A stretch of 64,000 bases of DNA from an uncultured Eubacteriales bacterium (GTDB lineage: Bacteria > Bacillota > Clostridia > Lachnospirales > Lachnospiraceae), in assembly GCA_949289065.1 (NCBI GenBank), contig CASEMA010000007.1, positions 14,967-78,966 of the forward strand, read 5' to 3'. The translations under genes and the position numbers were made by a program. The notes under the pieces are model-generated. The model ran no database searches. It worked only from the letters and a program-made list of their open reading frames with translations, and was not told the origin of the DNA. Positions 17,904-27,293 of this stretch are shown here, one piece after another (positions within the stretch are counted from its first letter, which is position 1; every line of letters begins with the position of its first letter).

Positions 17904-19325
17904 TCATTTCTGGTAATCCTTCGGATTTAGGCCGAGTTTTTCAAACTTTTTGTATAAGCCGGAAATGTGAAGGCCAGTAATTGCAGAAACTCTGGATACA
18001 TTTCCCCGGGCCTGGGTCAACATTTTTTCGAAGTAAGCGGTCTCGTATTTTTGTTTAAATTCTTTATAGGTTATAGATTCATCACAGTAACAGGAAACAG
18101 TTTTTTCAAAGACTGGCGGCATCGGTGGTTGTTCAAAATGGCTGGACGGCTGGATGATCTGAATGGTGTTGTGCAGCGCATTGCCGTCAGTGATGACATA
18201 GCGCTGCACAACATTTTTTAGTTCTCGCACATTGCCCGGCCAGGAATAGGCTTTGATCGCGTTCATATATTCGGATACTATCTGAATATTTTTTTTATAT
18301 TTATTATTGTATTTTTGAAGGAAAAAATCGACAAGAGGTTCAATATCGCCGGGTCTCTGACGAAGCGGCAGCATGGTCAGGGGCAGTACGTTGAGGCGGT
18401 AGTACAAATCTTCACGAAATGCCCCTTTTTTAACCATATCCAGGAGGTTTCGGTTGGTGGCGGCAATGATGCGGACATTCAGATGCTTGGTCTCTTTGCC
18501 GCCAATCTTTCGGACTTCTCCGGTTTCTAAAACTCGAAGCAGCTTTGGTTGGAGCTGGGGCGATAATTCGCCGATCTCATCTAAAAATAGTGTGCCGTTA
18601 TTGGCCAACTCAAATAGTCCCATCTTACCGCTTTTATTAGCGCCAGTAAAAGCGCCCTTCTCATAACCGAATATTTCGGATTCCATCAATGACTCGGAAA
18701 TTGTAGCACAGTTGACAGGAACAAATATTTCATTGCGCCGGTTACTGTTAGAGTGAATATGTTTGGCAAGGACTTCCTTTCCTGTGCCGGATTCGCCGTA
18801 AATGATGACATGGGTGTCAATTTTTGATACCTGCAGGGCAAAGTCAAAAATGTTTTTGCTATGAGGATCTACGGCGATATAAGAAGGAATGTCCTGGGTG
18901 TTGATGATCGTGTTCAGCAGCTTGCGCATATATTTGCTTGTTTCTTCCATGTAGGTATTATATTCCGAAGAAAAGGATTCGCTTTGGCTGAAAGCGATAA
19001 CGCGGACGAGTTCGCCGGTTTCATCAAAGATCGGTACAGAGTAGGCATAAATACCGCGGTTTGGATCATGATTGATGAGAAGGTAGGCCATCTGCGGTTT
19101 TTTTGATTCAAGACATCGGATGAGAGAGCTTTCACTGAATACGCCTCTGTCCAGCATTTCATAGGCTGTGGTGCCGACAATTTCATCTCTGGAAAGGCCG
19201 GTTAGTTTGCAGGTGCCTCTGGAACATAAGAGGATTTTTCCGACGTTATCGATAATTAAAATACTGCCTTCGTATTTTTCTAAAATGTCTTTATAATATT
19301 GCATATCATTTCCAAATAAATCCAT
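17904..19325 (-). CDS. Sigma54-dependent activator (PAS, AAA+, HTH)
   Basis: GESGTGKE, ESEIFGYEKGAFTGA, LFLDEIGEL, FREDLYYRLNV, WPGNVREL. Confidence 0.93.
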   Translation of the reverse strand: MDLFGNDMQYYKDILEKYEGSILIIDNVGKILLCSRGTCKLTGLSRDEIVGTTAYEMLDRGVFSESSLIRCLESKKPQMAYLLINHDPNRGIYAYSVPIFDETGELVRVIAFSQSESFSSEYNTYMEETSKYMRKLLNTIINTQDIPSYIAVDPHSKNIFDFALQVSKIDTHVIIYGESGTGKEVLAKHIHSNSNRRNEIFVPVNCATISESLMESEIFGYEKGAFTGANKSGKMGLFELANNGTLFLDEIGELSPQLQPKLLRVLETGEVRKIGGKETKHLNVRIIAATNRNLLDMVKKGAFREDLYYRLNVLPLTMLPLRQRPGDIEPLVDFFLQKYNNKYKKNIQIVSEYMNAIKAYSWPGNVRELKNVVQRYVITDGNALHNTIQIIQPSSHFEQPPMPPVFEKTVSCYCDESITYKEFKQKYETAYFEKMLTQARGNVSRVSAITGLHISGLYKKFEKLGLNPKDYQK

Positions 19326-19530
19326 AAACTCACAGCTTTCTAAAAAAGTATAATTCTTATTTTTTATTCTATAAAAATAGAAAAGATAGTAGACAAATTA
19401 ACTATAACATAAATGATTGAAAAATAAAAGAAGAAAAAATTGAACAAAAAATACAATAAATTTCCTAAAATAACGGTTAATATTTGGGTAAATCTTATAA
19501 AAAAATAATTTGATTTGGGGAAGATAAAAA

Positions 19531-19547
19531 TTGGAATCGAAATTGCT
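19531..19547 (+). promoter_or_regulatory. Sigma54 -24/-12 promoter
   Basis: TTGGAATCGAAATTGCT (GG-N10-GC), divergent from a GAFTGA activator. Confidence 0.8.
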
Positions 19548-19564
19548 GATAAAAATAGTAGATA

Positions 19565-19590
19565 TTAATTGACAATTGATTGTCAATTAA
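19565..19590. promoter_or_regulatory. Perfect 12-bp inverted repeat in the operon leader
   Basis: TTAATTGACAAT-TG-ATTGTCAATTAA. Confidence 0.6.
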
Positions 19591-19626
19591 AAATATCCAA
19601 TTTTATCATTTCAAGGAGGGTTTTGT

Positions 19627-21189
19627 ATGAGTAAGGTAATGTCATTGAATGAAGCTATTGGCTTGATTCGGGATGGCGACCGGGTTGCCGCATCGGGAAT
19701 TTGTATGTCCGGTGTGCCGGAGGAAATTATGGCTGGCATTGAGAAAAGTTTTTTGGAGACAGGAAAGCCAAGAGATTTGAATATGATTTTTGCTGCCGGT
19801 CAGGGATGTTGGGACGATATCCATGCTTATCAGCATATGGCTCATGAGGGGCTGGTGGCTTCGGCGATTGGTGGTCACTTTGGCACGTGCAAAAGTTTCG
19901 GGAAGCTTATCGAAGATAATAAGATTATTGGCTACAATATGCCTCAGGGGGTTATTGTGGATTTATTCCATGAAGCTGTGAAAGGTATGCCGGGACATAT
20001 TACGAAGTTAGGCTTAAAAACTTTTGTGGATCCGCGTATTGAAGGCGGAAAGTTAAATGCCAGAACGACAGAGGATATCGTAAAAGTTATCGAAATTGAC
20101 GGTGAGGAATATTTGATGTACAAAACGCCAAAGATTGACGTGGCATTGATTCGAGGAACATCCGCTGACGCTTATGGAAATATTTCCTTTGAGGAAGAAG
20201 CCCTTCCTGTAGATATGCGTCTGATTGCCATGGCAGCAAAGGCCTGCGGTGGTAAGGTGATTGTACAGGTTAAATATAGCTGTGAACGGTTAATGACAGA
20301 TAAGGTTGTCATTCCTGGTATTTTTGTGGATGCGGTTGTTGTTTCCGAGGAACCTGAAAAGAATCATCGTCAGACTCAGCTTCATTTTTATGATCCAAGT
20401 TTATCCGGCCGTGTATTTGTTGCTCAGGATGCCATTGCCTCATTGCCATTAAACGCGAAGAAGGTTATTTCCCGCCGGGCTGCTATGGAGCTGACAAGAG
20501 GAGCGGTGATCAATCTAGGTGTCGGCACACCGGAAGGCATCGCGAATATCGCGGCGGAAGAAGGCGTCAGTGATTTGATTACAATGACTTCTGAGAGCGG
20601 CGCTGTCGCAGGCGTTCCGCTGGGCGGCAAGGCCTTTGGTTCCGTACAGAATGCGTGGGCGATTGTCGAACAGGAAGTCCAGTTTGATTTCTATGATGGC
20701 GGCGGCCTGGATGTTTCTTACCTTGGGCTGGCAGAAGCGGATAGGGTTGGAAATGTTAATGTAAGCCATTTTGGTACAAATGTTACAGGCTGCGGCGGAT
20801 TCATTAATATCTCCCAGACAACTCAGAATCTGGTTTACTGTGGAACATTTACAGCCGGCGGATTAAAAGAAACCATCGGCGACGGCAAATTGACCATCCT
20901 TCAAGAGGGACGTCAGAAGAAGTTTATCGATAAAGTACAGCAGATTACATTCAGCGGCGAATATGGTGCAGAAATCGGTCAGAACGTATTATATGTTACT
21001 GAAAGGGTCGTATTCAAGCTGGTTGAAGGCGGATTGAAACTGATTGAGATTGCTCCTGGTGTAGATTTACAGAAGGATATCCTGGATCAGATGGAATTTA
21101 CGCCGATTGTCGAAGATTATAAGCTGATGGATGAAAGACTTTTCAGAGAAGAAAGCATTCATCTGAAAGAAATGATGTTATCCAAATAA
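19627..21189 (+). CDS. Family I acyl-CoA:acetate CoA-transferase (YdiF/Pct-like, fused subunits)
   Basis: GLKTFVDPR.EGGK, INLGVGTPEG, TSESG (catalytic Glu region), FDFYDGGGLD, GCGGFINISQ. Confidence 0.9.
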   Translation: MSKVMSLNEAIGLIRDGDRVAASGICMSGVPEEIMAGIEKSFLETGKPRDLNMIFAAGQGCWDDIHAYQHMAHEGLVASAIGGHFGTCKSFGKLIEDNKIIGYNMPQGVIVDLFHEAVKGMPGHITKLGLKTFVDPRIEGGKLNARTTEDIVKVIEIDGEEYLMYKTPKIDVALIRGTSADAYGNISFEEEALPVDMRLIAMAAKACGGKVIVQVKYSCERLMTDKVVIPGIFVDAVVVSEEPEKNHRQTQLHFYDPSLSGRVFVAQDAIASLPLNAKKVISRRAAMELTRGAVINLGVGTPEGIANIAAEEGVSDLITMTSESGAVAGVPLGGKAFGSVQNAWAIVEQEVQFDFYDGGGLDVSYLGLAEADRVGNVNVSHFGTNVTGCGGFINISQTTQNLVYCGTFTAGGLKETIGDGKLTILQEGRQKKFIDKVQQITFSGEYGAEIGQNVLYVTERVVFKLVEGGLKLIEIAPGVDLQKDILDQMEFTPIVEDYKLMDERLFREESIHLKEMMLSK

Positions 21190-21213
21190 TACTTAGAGAT
21201 AGGGGGAAGAGAT

Positions 21214-22505
21214 ATGGGTATTTTGTTAATTGTTATTGGTTTAGTCATTATGACAGTCCTTGCAGTAAAGGGGATTCCGATTTTGTGGGCCGCTCTTGTT
21301 GCCGGAGTCTTTGTTCTGGCTACGGCAGGCTTAAATATCGTTGAAGGTATTACTGTAACCTATATGACGGGCTTTTCTGGATATATCATGAATTACTTTT
21401 TAATGTTCGTTCTGGGAGCTATATTTGGAAAACTGTGTGAAGTCAGCGGCGCTTCCGACAGTATCGCTCAGGCTGTTGTAAACAAGCTGGGTGAGAAATA
21501 TGTTGTTCTTGCGATTATTGTCGCAGCGGCGATTCTCGCCTTCGGCGGCGTATCCCTATTCGTTGCTCTGTTTACACTGTATCCACTGGCTATGAGTTTA
21601 TTTAAACGGGCGGATATTCCGAGACGTCTGTTCCCTGGCGTTTATATCGCCGGCGCGGCGACCTTTGCCATGACGGCGCCGTTTACGCCGTCTACACAGA
21701 ACATTGTTCCTATGGCATATCTTGGCACAACGCTTTCGGCCGGAATGGTTTCCGGACTTATCGGTACAGTTTTCTGTGCAGTTGTTGTTTGTATTTATAT
21801 GCAGTGGCGCGTGGGCAGTGTGAAAGCAAAAGGTGAACATTATGTTCCGCTGGCCGGTGAAGTTGAAGAGAGCGGTGTGCAGAAGGATTTACCAGGACTG
21901 ATTATCGCTTTGATTCCGATGATCGTTTTGATTCTTGCCTTGAACGTGTTTGGATTGAATGTGGTTGTCGGACTCTTTATCGGCTGTGTTGTTGCTGTTG
22001 TTCTGTACTGGAAATGGCTGCCTCATACGATGGCAGAGTTTTGGAAACAGATTACAGCCGGCGCGCAGAATGGTATTATGTCTATCGCCAATACGGCAGC
22101 CGTTGTAGGGTTTGGGTCGATCGTTACCGCAACGCCGGCATTTGGAACGCTGGCAGAAATCGTTCAGGATTTTGCGCAGAATGGTAATGCCTATGCGGCA
22201 GTAGCAATTTCCGTAGTGGCTTAGCAGGTATTTCAGGTTCTGCTTCCGGCGGCTTGGGTATCGCGATTCCAATCGCGGCAGATATTTTCCTGCCGATGGG
22301 CATTAACCCGGAAGCTTTACATCGTATTGCGGTTATTTCCAGTTCCGCATTGGATTCTCTGCCGCATAACGGTTTTGTAAATACCTGTCTCCAGTACACG
22401 CATACGAATCATAAGGAAGCTTACTTTGATATCTTTATTGTATCTGTTGCCGTTACGATTGTTGAGACAATCCTGGTTGTTATACTGTTTTCTGTAATGG
22501 GTTGA
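21214..22505 (+). pseudogene. GntP/IT-family organic-acid permease split by a 1-nt deletion near 22221 (real or artefact)
   Basis: Frame 1 ends ...AISVVA* (TAG 22222-22224); shifted frame continues LAGISGSASGGLGIA...LDSLPHNG. Confidence 0.8.
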
Positions 22506-22526
22506 CCATGTAAGGAGATGTGAAAT

Positions 22527-23305
22527 ATGGAATTGAAAAATACTATTTATGAAAAACAGGGGAATGTGGCTGTTATTAAACTAAATCGCCCAAAGGCACT
22601 GAATGCTTTGAATACGGAATTGCTTCAGGAGCTTGAGACCGTTGTCAGTGCCGTAGAAAAGGATGAAGAGGTTCGGGTGGCTGTTATTACCGTGAAGGAA
22701 AGGCTTTTGCGGCCGGCGCGGATATTGCGGCCATGAAAGATATGAATTCTATGGAAGGTCTGGCATATGCGAAAACCGGACAGGCTGTGTATCGTCATAT
22801 CGAAGAAGTTCGCAAACTGTTCATCGCTGCCATTAACGGCTTTGCCCTTGGCGGCGGCTGTGAACTGACATTGGCCTGCGATTTGCGGATTGCTTCGACA
22901 AAAGCAAAGCTGGGTTTGCCGGAAACCGGACTTGGTATTGTTCCGGGATTTGGCGGCACACAGCGTTTGCCGAGATTAATCGGCGATGCTAAAGCGAAGG
23001 AATTGATTTTTACTGCGGATATCATCGGCGCCGAGGAAGCGTTGGCTGTCGGCCTGGTGAACCGGGTCGCAGAGCCGGAAGTTTTAATGGATGAAACAAT
23101 GAAGCTGGCGGGAGATATTCTTGCGAAAGCGCCGATTGCAGTCGGATTTGCTAAAGATGCGATTAACCGGGGAAAACAGGTGGATATGGATTCTGCCGAA
23201 GCTCTGGAAGCATTGTATGTCGGAATGTGCTTTTCTACGGATGATTTACACGAGGGAATGACAGCCTTTGTTGAAAAGAGAACTGCAGCCTTTAAATCAA
23301 AATAG
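22527..23305 (+). pseudogene. Crotonase-family enoyl-CoA hydratase split by a 1-nt deletion near 22692 (real or artefact)
   Basis: LNRPKALNALN...VITG-EGKAFAAGADI restored by adding one G; AINGFALGGGCEL and LPETGLGIVPGFGGTQRL in the second frame. Confidence 0.85.
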
Positions 23306-23317
23306 GAGGAGATTTTT

Positions 23318-23764
23318 ATGAGAGAGGTTCGAGGTAAAAGGTATGGGGAATGGGTGATCGGAGAGGTTTATGAGACTGGAAGAAGAACGGTAACAGAGAC
23401 AGATATCGTAAATTTTGCCGGGCTTTCCGGAGATTATAATCAGCTTCATACCGATGCGGTTTTTGCCGAATCTACACCGTATGGCGGGAGAATCGCTTAT
23501 GGCGCCCTCGTTTTTTCGATCACAACAGGTCTGGTAGACCATTCGGGACTGATTGCCGGCACGGTAATCGGTTTTCTTGGCGCAAGTATGTCCTGGAGCG
23601 CTCCGGTGAAAGCGGGAGATACGATTTCCGTAAAAATTACGCCAATCAATAAGAAATTAACGAAGAATCCGGGACGGGGAATTGTTACGTTGAAATTACA
23701 GGTCGTCAATCAGAACGATAAAGTTACCTGTGAACAGGAATGGACGGTAATGTTTACAGTATAG
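23318..23764 (+). CDS. MaoC-family (R)-specific enoyl-CoA hydratase/dehydratase
   Basis: RTVTETDIVNFAGLSGDYNQLHTD...PYGGRIAYG hot-dog hydratase motif. Confidence 0.88.
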   Translation: MREVRGKRYGEWVIGEVYETGRRTVTETDIVNFAGLSGDYNQLHTDAVFAESTPYGGRIAYGALVFSITTGLVDHSGLIAGTVIGFLGASMSWSAPVKAGDTISVKITPINKKLTKNPGRGIVTLKLQVVNQNDKVTCEQEWTVMFTV

Positions 23765-23788
23765 TCATTTAAAGGGAGGAAATATATT

Positions 23789-24931
23789 ATGGGTTATGTT
23801 TTAAATGAAGAATCGATGGATATTGTAAAACTTGCAAGAGATTTTGAAGAAAAGGAGGTTGCTCCGGTATGCGCAGAGTATGACAAAAAGGGTGAGTTTC
23901 CGATGGCTCTCTATCAAAAAGCTTTTGAACGGGGCTTCCAGGCATTGGAAATTCCGGAAGAGTACGGTGGAAGCGGACTTGATTACTACACAGTATGCGC
24001 AGTATATGAAGAATTTGCAAGAATTGACGCCGGGTTCTGTACAGGTGTTGCCGCAACCGGGCTGGCTTTAAAACCGGTATTAATGTTTGGAAATGACGAA
24101 CAGAAGAATTATTTTGCAGAGTATATCTGCGGCGGTAAAGGCAATGGCTTTGCGGCATTTGCTTTGACGGAGCCAGATGCCGGTTCGGATGCTGGTGCTG
24201 GTAAGACGGTAGCTGAAAAGGTCGGCGACGAATACGTCATTAACGGAAGAAAATGCTTTATTACAAATGCAGGACCGGCTCAGATTTATGTTGTCTTTGC
24301 TATTACGGATAAATCCAAGGGCGCAAGGGGATATTCCGCATTTATCGTAGAACGCGACCGTGAAGGTGTTTCTGTCGGCAAGGAAGAAGATAAGATGGGT
24401 ATCCGTCTCTCAAATACAGCGGATCTTGTTCTTGATAATGTTCATGTTCCTGCGGACCACCTGATCGGTAAAGAAGGAAAAGGCTATGCTTATGCAATGG
24501 CCACATTGGATTTGGCAAGACCGATCATCGGAGCCATGTCCGCAGGTATTATTCAAAGATGTATCGACGAATGTGTGGCTTATGCAAAACAGAGAGTGAC
24601 TTTTGGAAAACCAATTATCAAACATCAGGTAAATCAATTTAAGATTGCCGATATGGAAATTAATGCAGAAGTTACCCGCTCCGCAGTGATTAATTGCTTC
24701 AACCAGTATTATGCCGGAAAACCATATGGTAAGGAGGCAGCCATCGCTAAATGCTACGGCGGTGATTCGGCCGTTGAGTGTGCCCTTGAAGCAATTCAGA
24801 TTTTAGGCGGTTATGGTTATTCCAGAGAATATCCAGTAGAGAAGCTTTTGAGGGATGCCAAGATTATGCAGATTTATGAAGGGACAAATGAAATTCAGCG
24901 TATGGTCATTGCTGGTTATGTTTGCCGATAG
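23789..24931 (+). CDS. Acyl-CoA dehydrogenase (Bcd-like)
   Basis: FALTEPDAGSDA, NGRKCFITN, EDKMGIR.S.T, AIQILGGYGY..EYPVEK..RDAKI.QIYEGTNEIQR. Confidence 0.93.
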   Translation: MGYVLNEESMDIVKLARDFEEKEVAPVCAEYDKKGEFPMALYQKAFERGFQALEIPEEYGGSGLDYYTVCAVYEEFARIDAGFCTGVAATGLALKPVLMFGNDEQKNYFAEYICGGKGNGFAAFALTEPDAGSDAGAGKTVAEKVGDEYVINGRKCFITNAGPAQIYVVFAITDKSKGARGYSAFIVERDREGVSVGKEEDKMGIRLSNTADLVLDNVHVPADHLIGKEGKGYAYAMATLDLARPIIGAMSAGIIQRCIDECVAYAKQRVTFGKPIIKHQVNQFKIADMEINAEVTRSAVINCFNQYYAGKPYGKEAAIAKCYGGDSAVECALEAIQILGGYGYSREYPVEKLLRDAKIMQIYEGTNEIQRMVIAGYVCR

Positions 24932-24942
24932 GAGGACTTTTC

Positions 24943-25728
24943 ATGAATATTTTGGTTTGTGTAAAACAGGTGCCGGATACGACGGAAATTAAAATTAATT
25001 ATGAGACAAATACATTGATTCGGGAAGGGGTGCCAAGTATCGTCAATCCTTTTGACGCCTATGCTCTGGAAATCGCCGTTCGCCTGAAAGAAAAACACGG
25101 GGGAACAGTGTCGGTTCTGTGTATGGGACCGGACCAGGCCAAAGCAGCGTTGAAAGAATGTTTATCTGTGGGGGCGGATAATGCTTACCTGTTATCGGAC
25201 AGAGTCTTTGGCGGTTCAGATACGCTGGCAACAAGCTATATTCTTTCCTCAGCCATTAAATCTCTTGGCGAATTTGATTTAATCCTGTGCGGTAAACAGG
25301 CCATTGACGGCGATACGGCTCAGGTAGGACCGGAAATCGCGGAACATCTTGAGTTGACCCAGGTTACATATGTGTTGGATGCTGAAATCGCCGACGAAAA
25401 GTTGCTGGTTAAGAAAGAAACAGAAACCGGTTATCAGATGATTGAAACAAAAACGCCGGCCGTACTCACCGTTGTAAAAACAGCCTTTGAACCACGTATG
25501 GCCACCGTTAAAGCTAAAATTGCCGCAAACAGAAAGCCAATCTCAGTAATTACTTCTAAGGATATTGAAATTGATTTGACCCGGGCCGGACTGAAGGGTT
25601 CCCCGACAAAGGTTAAAAAGACCTTTACACCGCCGATGAAAGGCGACAGCATGATTATTGCTGAAGATACGGCGGAAGCGTCCGCTCGTAAGCTGGTTTC
25701 AATTCTTGATGATAAGAACATTATTTAG
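24943..25728 (+). CDS. etfB: Electron transfer flavoprotein beta subunit
   Basis: VCVKQVPDT, NPFDAYALE, GGSDTLAT, GKQAIDGDTAQVGP. Confidence 0.93.
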   Translation: MNILVCVKQVPDTTEIKINYETNTLIREGVPSIVNPFDAYALEIAVRLKEKHGGTVSVLCMGPDQAKAALKECLSVGADNAYLLSDRVFGGSDTLATSYILSSAIKSLGEFDLILCGKQAIDGDTAQVGPEIAEHLELTQVTYVLDAEIADEKLLVKKETETGYQMIETKTPAVLTVVKTAFEPRMATVKAKIAANRKPISVITSKDIEIDLTRAGLKGSPTKVKKTFTPPMKGDSMIIAEDTAEASARKLVSILDDKNII

Positions 25729-25739
25729 GAGGTGGCAAG

Positions 25740-26738
25740 ATGCTTGAAGACTACAAAAATCTGTGGGTATATATCGAATCAAATAAAGGAGCCGCGGCCA
25801 ATGTGGGGTTGGAGCTTCTGAATCCGGTACGGACTTTGGCGGCCAGTGTCGGTGAAAAAGTAGTTGCTGTGGTTATTGACGGTGAAAATACAGAGGAGCT
25901 TGGCTCTGAAGCCATTAAATATGGTGCGGATGAGGTTATCCTTGTCGAAGGTAGGGAATATAGCGACTATTCAACAGATGGGTATACGAATGTGTTAGAT
26001 AATCTTGTAAAAAAATATAAACCGAGCGCAATGTTTATCGGAGCGACAAACCGGGGAAGAGATTTGGGGCCGCGTCTGGCCGCCCGATTAAAAACCGGTT
26101 TGACAGCGGACTGTACAGCCCTTTCTATGGACGGCGGAAACATTGTATGGACCCGTCCGGCCTTCGGCGGCAATCTGATGGCAAACATTCTCTGCCCAGA
26201 CCACAGACCCCAGTTGGGGACGGTTCGTCCCGGTGTGTTTAAGAAAGCAGAGCCGGATGAAAACCGGACCGGCAATCGGATTCGTGAAATTATTAATACG
26301 CCGGAGGAAATGATTCGTACAAAAATTGTGGATATTGTTTCAACCGTTGCCTCCGATATTCCAAATATCGAAGAAGCAGAAATCCTTGTCTCCGGCGGCG
26401 CCGGCGTCGGCGGCCCGGAAGGATATGAAGTTCTGAAAAAACTGGCGGCAGCATTGGGAGGCAGCATAGCGGCTTCCCGAGCCGCTGTAGATGCAGGCTG
26501 GATTGACCATGCTTATCAGGTTGGGCAGACCGGAAAGACAGTTGGCCCGAAGATTTATATTGCCTGCGGTATCTCCGGAGCGATTCAGCATATTGCCGGA
26601 ATGTCCTCCTCAGATACGATTATTGCTATTAACAGAGATCCGGACGCAAATATTTTCAAAGTGGCCGATTATGGCATTGTTGGGGATTTGTTTGAAATCG
26701 TGCCTGTTTTAGAGCAGGAAATCCTCAAACGTAAATAA
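25740..26738 (+). CDS. etfA: Electron transfer flavoprotein alpha subunit
   Basis: GLTADCT, TRPAFGGNLMA, QVGQTGKTV.PK.YIACGISGAIQH.AG. Confidence 0.93.
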   Translation: MLEDYKNLWVYIESNKGAAANVGLELLNPVRTLAASVGEKVVAVVIDGENTEELGSEAIKYGADEVILVEGREYSDYSTDGYTNVLDNLVKKYKPSAMFIGATNRGRDLGPRLAARLKTGLTADCTALSMDGGNIVWTRPAFGGNLMANILCPDHRPQLGTVRPGVFKKAEPDENRTGNRIREIINTPEEMIRTKIVDIVSTVASDIPNIEEAEILVSGGAGVGGPEGYEVLKKLAAALGGSIAASRAAVDAGWIDHAYQVGQTGKTVGPKIYIACGISGAIQHIAGMSSSDTIIAINRDPDANIFKVADYGIVGDLFEIVPVLEQEILKRK

Positions 26739-26789
26739 AGAGCTTGTCGTAAATAAACTCATATAATGTCTTGAAGACTCCTTAAACCG

Positions 26790-26825
26790 GACCGGCGGGA
26801 ATTCTGCACCAATTTCCCGCCGGTC
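26790..26825. terminator. Hairpin between convergent genes
   Basis: GACCGGCGGGAA...TTCCCGCCGGTC. Confidence 0.65.
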
Positions 26826-26837
26826 TTGCGTTTTGCT

Positions 26838-27278
26838 TTAACTTAATTCGACGATTCGTTGTATAGTCATCTGGACGGCCTTATCGATGAATTGCTGTAA
26901 TGGTCCGGTGGAGAGCATGGCGATCCGGGTATTGCAGCTGTCAAAGGGGATGAGGATGCGGAGTGCGTCGCTCTGACCGATGGCGTTGGCCATTTTTGGG
27001 GACAATTCACCGAGGATGGAATCGGGTACGACGATGGCGACAACGCCGACGATAATATCTGCCTTGCGGACATTTTTGACAATGGCGTTTTCGCCGGTGG
27101 CGCCGTCGGTGGCTCCAGCCCGCATCATATTTGACGTGGCCGCCGAATTGGTTCCTAAAGCCCGGACGATGACCGGAAGGTTCTTCGGAAGCTGTTTTGT
27201 AAGGCTTTCAATGTATTGGCGGCCAATGCCGCCGCCCTGACCGTCGACAACGGTAATTAGGATATCTTTTTTTATCAT
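26838..27278 (-). CDS. DUF3842-like protein
   Basis: VVDGQGGGIG...ALGTNSAAT..M.RAGA..GATGENA. Confidence 0.7.
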   Translation of the reverse strand: MIKKDILITVVDGQGGGIGRQYIESLTKQLPKNLPVIVRALGTNSAATSNMMRAGATDGATGENAIVKNVRKADIIVGVVAIVVPDSILGELSPKMANAIGQSDALRILIPFDSCNTRIAMLSTGPLQQFIDKAVQMTIQRIVELS

Positions 27279-27293
27279 AGGCAATATCTCCGT

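Noticed and set aside
19627-26738. Canonical butyrate-synthesis (thl-hbd-crt-bcd-etf) operon or itaconate degradation cluster
   Set aside because: No thiolase or hbd, and no citramalyl-CoA lyase in the operon.
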